This document shows, in pieces, positions 24,682 through 31,675 of a DNA stretch of 32,000 bases. The stretch is from Candidatus Saccharimonadota bacterium (GTDB taxonomy: Archaea > Nanohalarchaeota > Nanosalinia > Nanosalinales > Nanosalinaceae). The stretch spans positions 480,001 through 512,000 of the forward strand of contig NZ_CP180230.1 of assembly GCF_047555085.1 (NCBI RefSeq), written 5' to 3'. Each line of letters opens with the position of its first letter. Within the stretch, counting starts at the first letter, position 1. The notes below the pieces were generated by a model. That model did no database searches and was not told the origin of the DNA. It saw only the letters and a list, made by a program, of their open reading frames with translations. The translations under genes were made by a program, and so were the position numbers.

Positions 24682-26085
24682 TTACAGAGAGTTCTGGAAC
24701 TTGCTGTGAAGTCTGCCTGCAAGTTTTCGTGCCTGTTTAACATCAAGATCTACTGCTCTTGCATCTCCACCGATCAGGCTGCTTCCTGCAATATCAACAG
24801 TAACTGTTGAAAGATCCCAGAGCCTCTGTGAGACGGTAGATGTCGTTATAACGTTTTGAGTCCTGTAGTAAGGCACTATAACTGTTTCACGTTTCCAGAA
24901 ACCGTTCCGTGCGACAAAATGATTCTCTGTCTCTGCATAACCTTTATGCACCCATTTTAGAGATGCTGCAAGGCCTGAAGCAATCAAAAGCACTACAGGC
25001 AGAATATAACTGAAGTATCCTGCTCCGAAGTAGAGGCCCAGACAGATGATGCCTGATAGGATCATATACCGCGTGAAATATCTTTTCAGGCCTCTTTCAG
25101 GGATCTTCTCCAGCTCAAATTTTTCTACATTGTCTATTTCCTCTGAAAACTCGATGATACGTTTCCTTGTGGATAGAGGGATAGCGAGTTCTGGTCCTTT
25201 CTCTGAAGTTGTCTGCTGGGAGTATCCTGCTGTCTCTATGCTTAAACTGGCTCTGTCTATCACTCTCTTGAGAGGATTGTCCTCTATGACAAGCTTCTGA
25301 AGTTTTCCAAGAGGAATACTTCCCTCTGAACGATTGAAAAGTCCACGCTCGTACTCCAGAGTATCTTTCTCCCGCCACAGCCTGTAATCGTAGTAACGTG
25401 TGACTGTGGATACAAAATTAGTGGCGAAAACTATAATCAGGCCCAGGAAAAGTACAAGTGAGAGGCCGGGGACAAGTGCCACATTAGCCTCGTCCAGTAC
25501 CGGAGCGAAGGATGTGGCAGAGAATCCTGTAAGGCCTAAAAGAAGGAACACGACTCTTTCATCTATAGATGTCGCTCCCAGCAACAGGAGTTCGCTTTTA
25601 TCGATGCTGTAAAGCAGTTCACGCTCGTCATCCTCCTCTTCATCTTCTTCAGAGGCCTTGCTCTTCTTTTCTCTTATGATCTTCTTGATATCCTCTGACT
25701 GTTCCAGATTGATGTACTTGAAAGAGGCCTCCGTCGTTTTTCCTCCCGCAGTCTCAAGTTTGACGACAGCTATCCCCAGAATTCTGTGGATAAGATTTCT
25801 GTTTACATCAACGTTCTGGACACGTGAAAGAGGTATCTCACGTTCGTTCCTTCGTATAACACCATGCCTGATATTAACGCTGTCTTCCGAAAAAGAGAAC
25901 TCGAAGTTCCTCCAGTAAAGATAGCTGTAGACAGCTGAAAGACCCAGAACAGCGAAAAATACCAGTGCACCGCCCAGAAAGTTAAGCTGCTGGAGGCCTC
26001 CTGTTGAAGTGAACAATGCAACTGCAGCTAACTTGACTGCGCTGTTGACTGCTCTGTACGGTATAGACAGCTTTGAAAGTTTCAT
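24682..26085 (-). CDS. YdbT-like membrane protein with three bPH (DUF304/bPH_2) domains
   Basis: Three repeats of the pattern R.G...R.E..IP..R.QNV......Q...(G/D)L..V...TAG, each preceded by a TM hairpin. Confidence 0.75.
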   Translation of the reverse strand: MKLSKLSIPYRAVNSAVKLAAVALFTSTGGLQQLNFLGGALVFFAVLGLSAVYSYLYWRNFEFSFSEDSVNIRHGVIRRNEREIPLSRVQNVDVNRNLIHRILGIAVVKLETAGGKTTEASFKYINLEQSEDIKKIIREKKSKASEEDEEEDDERELLYSIDKSELLLLGATSIDERVVFLLLGLTGFSATSFAPVLDEANVALVPGLSLVLFLGLIIVFATNFVSTVTRYYDYRLWREKDTLEYERGLFNRSEGSIPLGKLQKLVIEDNPLKRVIDRASLSIETAGYSQQTTSEKGPELAIPLSTRKRIIEFSEEIDNVEKFELEKIPERGLKRYFTRYMILSGIICLGLYFGAGYFSYILPVVLLIASGLAASLKWVHKGYAETENHFVARNGFWKRETVIVPYYRTQNVITTSTVSQRLWDLSTVTVDIAGSSLIGGDARAVDLDVKQARKLAGRLHSKFQNSL

Positions 26086-26546
26086 ACTCCGTCCCTGTCC
26101 TCTGATTCAATCGCAAGATCGCGAAGCTTCTCCTGCATATCCCTGGCATCTTCAGGAAGAAGGCCTGGAATCGTGACATCAGCCCCACGTGATCCTGCCG
26201 TGTAGACAACTACCTTGGAAAGGCCTAGAAGCCTGTCTACAGGAGATTTCTGGGTGTCAACGTGCTGGATGCGTACATAGGGCACCATGGTTTTGACACG
26301 TGTGAAAACTCCACGTTCAAGGTACATGTGATCGTCACGTAAAGTGAAGCGCCATGCACGATAACGCACATAGCCTAAAATTATTGATAGAACAATCAGG
26401 AAACTGAATACTCCTGTGAAAACATCTGCGGGAGGATAACTTCTGAAGTACCATGTCACTGCAGCTGCAAGACCGGAGACAACCGCTGAAACAAGTATGA
26501 ACGTTCCGATCCAGACCGGTAGAATCTTTTTCTCAGGCTTTCTCAT
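26082..26546 (-). CDS. YdbS-like membrane protein with one bPH domain
   Basis: A TM hairpin followed by LERGVFTRVKTMVPYVRIQHVDTQKSPVDRLLGLSKVVVYTAGS. There is a 4-nt overlap with the downstream ydbT-like gene. Confidence 0.75.
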   Translation of the reverse strand: MRKPEKKILPVWIGTFILVSAVVSGLAAAVTWYFRSYPPADVFTGVFSFLIVLSIILGYVRYRAWRFTLRDDHMYLERGVFTRVKTMVPYVRIQHVDTQKSPVDRLLGLSKVVVYTAGSRGADVTIPGLLPEDARDMQEKLRDLAIESEDRDGV

Positions 26547-26661
26547 AAATTTTTCAAGGCCTCTGCCCTGTTTTTACTTGAGTAAATTTTTAATTTCATT
26601 CGAGATGAACCGTTAGATGTTTGAGTGTTTCCCGACAAAAATTTCTTCGTGTAGTAAAATA

Positions 26662-27675
26662 ATGTCAGAAAATGCTGTAATAGGAGATAAACGTGTTTTA
26701 ACTGCAGATTTCCTACCGAACAGGATGGTGCACAGAGGCCATGAAAGACAGGAAATCGCCGATGCATTGAGGCCTTTAACGGAGGATCAAAAGCCCAGGA
26801 ACGTTCTTCTGTACGGTCCTCCAGGAACAGGTAAGTCGACGATGGCGCGTTACGTTGTCGAGAGGATGCAGGAGCATATGAGCCTGGCCTCCGGATACGC
26901 CAACTGCTGGCGCTACCCATCCAGATTCAAACTGTACCATACTCTTCTCCAGGACATGGGAGAAAAAATGATCCACAGGACAGGCACTCCGACGGATGAA
27001 CTTGTTGACAAGTTCGAGGAAAAAGTCAGGCGAAGGCCTGCCGTAGTCGTACTGGATGAAGTAGATCAGATAGAGGACGAGAGAATCCTTTACGATATGG
27101 TGCGTTACAACAGGACAGGCCTGATAATGATAGCTAACAACGAGAATGTTTTCTACGATCTCGATGAAAGAATCCGCTCCTCACTTTCATCCAGAAAAAA
27201 CATTCGATTCCAGGCCTACACCGAGGAAGAGATAATGGATATACTGCGGGATAGAAGACAGTGGGGTCTCAGAGACGGGGTGATCAACGATGAAAGTCTC
27301 CGAAAAATCGCCTCACGTGCGAACGGAGATGCAAGGATGGCGATCAACAGCCTCAGAATCGCTGCAGAGGAAGCTGAGAAAGAGGCCTCTGAACAGATCA
27401 CGGCAGAATACATAGAGGAGGCAGTTCCACAGGCCCGTGACATGAACGAATCAGAGTCTCTTGAGAAGCTTAACGACGATCAGAAAATTCTTTATAACGT
27501 CATAAAGGAGGAAAATGAGATCAGGCCACGAAATCTGTATGACAGGTATCGTGAAGAAGTTGAGAGGCCTAAAGTTGAGCGTACGTTGAGAAACTACCTG
27601 CAGGAGATGGAGAAATACAGACTTATAGAATCGAAAGGCAAAGGAACAGGTACAAAATACGTCCTGAAACAGTAA
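26662..27675 (+). CDS. orc1: Orc1/Cdc6 replication initiator
   Basis: LPNRMVHRGHERQEIADAL, Walker A LLYGPPGTGKST, Walker B VVVLDEVD, sensor region GDARMAINSLR, and a C-terminal winged helix. ATG 26662 is preferred over the tracked 26617. Confidence 0.9.
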   Translation: MSENAVIGDKRVLTADFLPNRMVHRGHERQEIADALRPLTEDQKPRNVLLYGPPGTGKSTMARYVVERMQEHMSLASGYANCWRYPSRFKLYHTLLQDMGEKMIHRTGTPTDELVDKFEEKVRRRPAVVVLDEVDQIEDERILYDMVRYNRTGLIMIANNENVFYDLDERIRSSLSSRKNIRFQAYTEEEIMDILRDRRQWGLRDGVINDESLRKIASRANGDARMAINSLRIAAEEAEKEASEQITAEYIEEAVPQARDMNESESLEKLNDDQKILYNVIKEENEIRPRNLYDRYREEVERPKVERTLRNYLQEMEKYRLIESKGKGTGTKYVLKQ

Positions 27676-27875
27676 AAACTTCTAGAGGCCTGTGAAATCA
27701 TTCAGGCCTGTTTTAAAGTATTTAGAGAGCTCCTTGTTTTTATTTGTTTCTTTTTGGTGGTGACGCTATAATATATAGCTGGAGATTAAATGTATGTATC
27801 ACGGAAAGTTCAGGTCTAGGGAAATCGGGGGATTTTCTCTGGGCTGTTGCAGGAGTTCGAGGGGGTGTATCGGAG
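27676..27875. other. candidate replication-origin segment (AT-rich stretch plus G-string elements)
   Basis: It lies immediately 3' of orc1. An AT-rich tract runs from about 27733 to 27800. It is followed by GGGAAATCGGGGGA (about 27827-27840) and GAGGGGGTG (about 27859-27867), which resemble the GGAAAC...GGGGG part of archaeal ORB elements. The overlapping ORF segment is non-acidic. Confidence 0.25.
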
Positions 27876-28217
27876 TTGCTGAAATATATCTCAGGAGAGG
27901 GGACTGTATCCCGAAGTTTTGTACGTAATTCAGATGAGAGCCGCCGCCACAGAAATCTGATAGAGAAACTGGCATCGGCATATATCCGTTCAGGATTCGA
28001 TATCAAAGCCGATCATATATCCAGTTTTGATACCCCGCCGAAGTTTTCCATGGTGATGCCAGATATATTCGCGGAAAAAGACGGCAAAAAAATCATTATA
28101 GAGGTGGAGACACGGAACTCCATAGGCACTGACAGGGATAGAAGGCAGAGAAGAGTGTTCGGCGAATGGGCGAAGAAGGACAAGGATCGTGATTTCCGCA
28201 GAGAGATAACTCTTTAA
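27876..28217 (+). CDS. hypothetical protein with a possible PD-(D/E)xK-like core
   Basis: The C-terminal part of ORF 27744..28217. MPDIFAEKDGKKIIIEVET resembles a D...E-x-E/K restriction-endonuclease-fold core. The start is uncertain (TTG 27876 is proposed), and the N-terminal 44 residues of the tracked ORF look non-coding. Confidence 0.4.
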   Translation: MLKYISGEGTVSRSFVRNSDESRRHRNLIEKLASAYIRSGFDIKADHISSFDTPPKFSMVMPDIFAEKDGKKIIIEVETRNSIGTDRDRRQRRVFGEWAKKDKDRDFRREITL

Positions 28218-28244
28218 ATCGCTTCTTGCAGCCTTCACAGGCCT

Positions 28245-28275
28245 GGAACTTTTTTGCGGAACTGCGGAAAGTTCC
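28245..28275. repeat. inverted repeat GGAACTTT-N15-AAAGTTCC
   Basis: Read directly from the sequence. The half-site CGGAAAGTTC also occurs at about 27813-27822 on the other side of the ORF. Confidence 0.6.
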
Positions 28276-28282
28276 GGAGTTG

Positions 28283-28290
28283 TTTAAATA
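28283..28290 (+). promoter_or_regulatory. consensus-like archaeal TATA box TTTAAATA
   Basis: It sits in a 358-bp non-coding spacer. About 105 nt downstream is a GGGG-N6-CCCC hairpin followed by T5 (28380-28399). Confidence 0.3.
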
Positions 28291-28426
28291 GGGAGGCCTC
28301 CGCATAATTGCATACAGGCTAGGAAAAAAGATAATTCTCCTGGCGCCTTACCGAACCCAGAAGAGGAAAAGCGGGGGGAGGGGATCCAACCCCCTTTTTC
28401 TCAGAAAACCAAGGAGGTGAAATTTT

Positions 28427-28555
28427 TTGACTGCGACAACAGGATTCGAAGAACTTGATCTGAAAAGCGGAGACTACATACTCCCTGACGACAGGAAAGC
28501 TAGTATAGGCCTCAGAATAAGAAGAGCTATACCTTTCCTGAGTAAAGGCCTCTAG
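28427..28555 (+). CDS. 42-aa micro-ORF with strong Shine-Dalgarno sequence
   Basis: AAGGAGGTGA (28411-28420) lies 6 nt before TTG 28427. Hand translation gives MTATTGFEELDLKSGDYILPDDRKASIGLRIRRAIPFLSKGL. Confidence 0.25.
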   Translation: MTATTGFEELDLKSGDYILPDDRKASIGLRIRRAIPFLSKGL

Positions 28556-28575
28556 AAAAAAGGTTTTTTCTTCTA

Positions 28576-28830
28576 CTATTTTCTCCTCTGTTTCTGCAGT
28601 TCTTCAGGTATCTTGGCAGGGCTGGATCCCATCTTAACTTCGAGTATCTTGTCTGATGGGTAGAACGTGTTAACTTCGTTTTCGTCTCTTATCCAGACGC
28701 CGTCTTTCCTTACATCGATGAAACGTACATGGCCGTAACTGGTCTTGAACTGTTTTTGGCCTCTATCAGGAGTCTCCACAACGACGGATATCTCGCGTTC
28801 GCTGGAGACATAGTCAGGGATGTCTGGCAT
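28576..28830 (-). CDS. small hypothetical protein (84 aa)
   Basis: The start is taken at MPDIPDY, because the upstream 26 residues of the tracked ORF are Cys/Leu-rich and atypical. No family was recognised. Confidence 0.45.
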   Translation of the reverse strand: MPDIPDYVSSEREISVVVETPDRGQKQFKTSYGHVRFIDVRKDGVWIRDENEVNTFYPSDKILEVKMGSSPAKIPEELQKQRRK

Positions 28831-28906
28831 AATAAGTCCTTGAGGCCTGGATGTTGAAAAAAGAGGCAGTGGAAAGCTTAAGTTGAGACAGTTCAAATAA
28901 CAGTCC

Positions 28907-29128
28907 ATGGATGTAGCAAAAGTTATCTACAGGGATGAAGATGACAGGAAGAAGGAGATCGAGACAGGAAAACAGATTCCTGGGAAAAACGGTGTAAAGG
29001 CCTCTTCAGTAGAGATAGATGAAGAAGGAGAATGGGTGATGATACATACTGAGGACAGATCCGGCAATGAGGGAAGCCTGATAATTCCCCGTGAAAGAAT
29101 ACTTTTGATAAACGAGGGACGTGTCTAG
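28907..29128 (+). CDS. small hypothetical protein (73 aa)
   Basis: Acidic and predicted beta-rich. It is divergent from 28576..28830 and weakly similar to it (…W(I/V)…(I/Y)P…(K/R)IL…). Confidence 0.45.
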   Translation: MDVAKVIYRDEDDRKKEIETGKQIPGKNGVKASSVEIDEEGEWVMIHTEDRSGNEGSLIIPRERILLINEGRV

Positions 29129-29139
29129 AAAAATTTTTT
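29129..29139. terminator. AAAAATTTTTT palindrome between convergent stops, candidate bidirectional terminator
   Basis: It lies between the TAG at 29126-29128 and the reverse-strand TAA at 29138-29140. Confidence 0.3.
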
Positions 29140-29743
29140 ACCGCATGAAATACGGAGTGGAGCGTTCAAACACTTCTTTTAACAGGCCTTCTCCCAGACT
29201 GGAGTTGTTTTCTTCATCGTATTCTCTGAGCTTTTTCTCATGTATACGTCCGTGTTCCACAGCTTCGATGATTCCTTCAGCTGATACTTCCGGGATGTAG
29301 GGTACAAGATCGAGATAGTAAATCTTCTCTTCCTCAATCAGATTTCTGTCGATCATCTTCCTGGCCTTATTCTTAAGTTTCTGTGAGGCCTTGCGGGAGT
29401 TTTTAACGAAGTAACCTACAGCAGATTCAGGGTAACCGAGGAAAAGTCCTTCAGAGCGTGCTGTGTGGTATGGAGAGTCTTTTTCGACTTTGTCGAGCAT
29501 CTGGAATCTATCCAGGTCGCGTGCGATGTAGTACTTGTGATGCATCTCTGTCTCAAAACTCAGGTGCTCCATATCCGTCAAACTCAGGAAATCCTCAATC
29601 AACGACTTCTTCCCGCTGTCCATAAATTTTACAGAGGCCGCCGGCTTCTCTCCTATAGCCAGTAACGCCAGCGAGACACGTGTATCCAGATCCAGCCTTG
29701 GAACAGCATCCTCCAGCAAGAAATCATCAAGACTCTCCGACAT
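29138..29743 (-). CDS. conserved hypothetical protein (LGYPE-motif family), paralog of 31676..32000
   Basis: GLFLGYPESAVGYF...YYLDLVPYIPEVSAEGIIEAVEHGR is paralleled by EFLGYPEDDVEYF...KYLELVSYVPRPEEENIVEAVELGK in the last gene of the window. The start is taken at MSESLDD. Confidence 0.55.
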   Translation of the reverse strand: MSESLDDFLLEDAVPRLDLDTRVSLALLAIGEKPAASVKFMDSGKKSLIEDFLSLTDMEHLSFETEMHHKYYIARDLDRFQMLDKVEKDSPYHTARSEGLFLGYPESAVGYFVKNSRKASQKLKNKARKMIDRNLIEEEKIYYLDLVPYIPEVSAEGIIEAVEHGRIHEKKLREYDEENNSSLGEGLLKEVFERSTPYFMR

Positions 29744-29797
29744 AAGAAACAGGTTTAACACCTTAAAATTTCAACCTTTCCCCTCAACAACTTTTCC

Positions 29798-30469
29798 TCA
29801 ACTTGACTTGCTGGAGCTTGTATGAAGACCTCTGCTTTTTATAGAATAAAGATAACGGATTTCACTCCCTGTTAAAGGCCTGCTGTAGTACCGGGCCTCC
29901 GCAATTCTTCCCTCAAGAGCTCGTTCACTGGCACTGTAACTATCCATATCATCATGGCCAAGTGTTCCTGTATTGGTGTTCACTACTCTTGAAGTAGTTG
30001 TTACTTTGGACATGACCTGTTCGCCATTGAAGAACATCCTGGAGGTACCCGTATTATTTTCATGAGTGATGGTGTACATGTTCCAGCTATCAACGTTATC
30101 TGCAGTATAGCTTCCTATCTTGTAGTATCCATCCTTCGTGTTCTCAAGCACGTATCCTGACCACCCGCTTTCATCGCCATCAGGATGGATTATGAATCCG
30201 CTTGCTGATCTGTCTGACCATCCTGCTCCGGTAGCGTTCCATGTGCTCTGAGCTGAATGCATCCATACATTCACAGTGAATGAAGGGCTTGTCCTGTAAT
30301 CATGTCTTATCCTGCCATCCACACCGTCAAAACTGTGGGAATTTTCTCCCAGAAGGCCTTTAGCTCCCTGTGAAACACCGCCTAATAAAGTTCCATGATT
30401 ATCTCTCCCTGAATGATCATAGGCCTCTCCCGAAGTCCCGGTAAGCGGCCAGTATCCTGTCAAAGTCAC
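29798..30469 (-). CDS. LamG-domain protein (single unit, no signal peptide)
   Basis: It has MTLTGYWPLTGTSGEAYD at the N-terminus and ...ARYYSRPLTGSEIRYLYSIKSRGLHTSSSKSS at the C-terminus. Its length (223 aa) and termini match those of 16674..17342. Confidence 0.75.
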   Translation of the reverse strand: MTLTGYWPLTGTSGEAYDHSGRDNHGTLLGGVSQGAKGLLGENSHSFDGVDGRIRHDYRTSPSFTVNVWMHSAQSTWNATGAGWSDRSASGFIIHPDGDESGWSGYVLENTKDGYYKIGSYTADNVDSWNMYTITHENNTGTSRMFFNGEQVMSKVTTTSRVVNTNTGTLGHDDMDSYSASERALEGRIAEARYYSRPLTGSEIRYLYSIKSRGLHTSSSKSS

Positions 30470-31242
30470 AGTGTATCATCTGGCGAAATTTCTGAAGGTT
30501 TTTCCAGCTGATACAGCGCTTTTATCTCAGGAGTGCTTAAAGGCCTGTCGTAAATCCTTAATTCATCCATGCTTCCTATTATCGGCTGGTAGTTTGTCGG
30601 AGGTGTTCTCTCACCGATATAGGTTTTCTCTGCACCTGCAGTGAAATCAAGAATCCATTCGCCTTCTTTAACTCCATCAACGAACACTTTGAAGCTGTTT
30701 CCCTGTTTCCTAACGACGTAATGATGCCATGAACCATCGAAAGGTATCGTGAAGCTTGATTTCTGATAGATATCTGCAACGCTACTATGAAGATCCAGTT
30801 TAGGATCAGATGGTTCATACTGGACAGCAAAGTATGTGGCCTGATCGCTGCCAGAAGCTGACTCCGAGTACATCGTTGCATGTCCATCCGGCCCTTTATC
30901 GGTGTGCGCCGCCCAGAAACTCAGAGTGGCATTCTCCATCGAAGGAATTCCTATAACCTCTCCAAGTTCCAGGGCGTCATCGCTGCTGTCAAAAGCCAGA
31001 GCAGTTCCATACTTGCCGGACACCCAGTCCCCATCAGTAGTCCCATCGTTACTCATCACTTCATCTGTTACTGTTGAACCCGAACCCGAGTCCATAGGAT
31101 AGTACGCGACAAGGCCTTCAGTCAGGGAACCGTGAAAATACCCTTGCTGTAAACTCCCGCCACGAGAAATATTGTCAGCTACAGTTCCTGCTGAATCCTC
31201 CGGACTTCTGAAATCATCACCGTTCCAGTTTAACTTCGGCAT
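30466..31242 (-). CDS. LamG-domain protein with N-terminal head (one unit)
   Basis: The head MPKLNWNGDDFRSPEDSAGTV...LQQGY parallels the head of 17345..18790. The unit runs from GLVAYYPMDSGSG to ELRIYDRPLSTPEIKALY. There is a 4-nt overlap with the downstream gene. Confidence 0.75.
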   Translation of the reverse strand: MPKLNWNGDDFRSPEDSAGTVADNISRGGSLQQGYFHGSLTEGLVAYYPMDSGSGSTVTDEVMSNDGTTDGDWVSGKYGTALAFDSSDDALELGEVIGIPSMENATLSFWAAHTDKGPDGHATMYSESASGSDQATYFAVQYEPSDPKLDLHSSVADIYQKSSFTIPFDGSWHHYVVRKQGNSFKVFVDGVKEGEWILDFTAGAEKTYIGERTPPTNYQPIIGSMDELRIYDRPLSTPEIKALYQLEKPSEISPDDTL

Positions 31243-31327
31243 CTAAAACAAGTATAGGCCTCGGACAGTTTTTAATTTTCCCGCAGAACAGGGAAATTTT
31301 TTAACGAAAGACCCAGAAAACAACTGT

Positions 31328-31675
31328 ATGAGCACATTTCTCGCAGAACTGGTGATGACTTCCCTGACAGTGGTAGCGCCAGGCCTATACTTCCTGCTAT
31401 TTGTAGAGCCGGCAGAAGGCCTGAAAGGGTACAGATACAGATTTCTGGAGGAAAATGGTGCACTGGAATCAATCAACAACGCTGCCACAGTCGGAGTAAT
31501 CGGCTACATGATTTTCATCCTGTCAGTCCCTGCATTGAATGCTTTCTTCGGCACAGTATTCTCTCTGACGGTAACACAAGCTGTGAACTCTATGGGGACA
31601 GTGCTTCAGGTATTTACGCTGATTATACTTACTTTACTGAACACTACGCTGGCATATCTGGGCCTCAGAAAATAA
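31328..31675 (+). CDS. small membrane protein (about 3 TM)
   Basis: A 115-aa hydrophobic ORF. No family was recognised. Confidence 0.5.
   Translation: MSTFLAELVMTSLTVVAPGLYFLLFVEPAEGLKGYRYRFLEENGALESINNAATVGVIGYMIFILSVPALNAFFGTVFSLTVTQAVNSMGTVLQVFTLIILTLLNTTLAYLGLRK

Noticed and set aside
27744-27875. N-terminal 44 codons of tracked ORF 27744..28217 as coding sequence
   Set aside because: The composition is non-acidic and hydrophobic or basic. The segment overlaps an AT-rich tract and G-string motifs next to orc1, so it is more likely regulatory or origin DNA.
16674-31242. Diversity-generating retroelement acting on the LamG genes
   Set aside because: No reverse transcriptase gene is present, and I saw no template/variable nucleotide repeat pair. 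The two LamG pairs are similar only at protein level.
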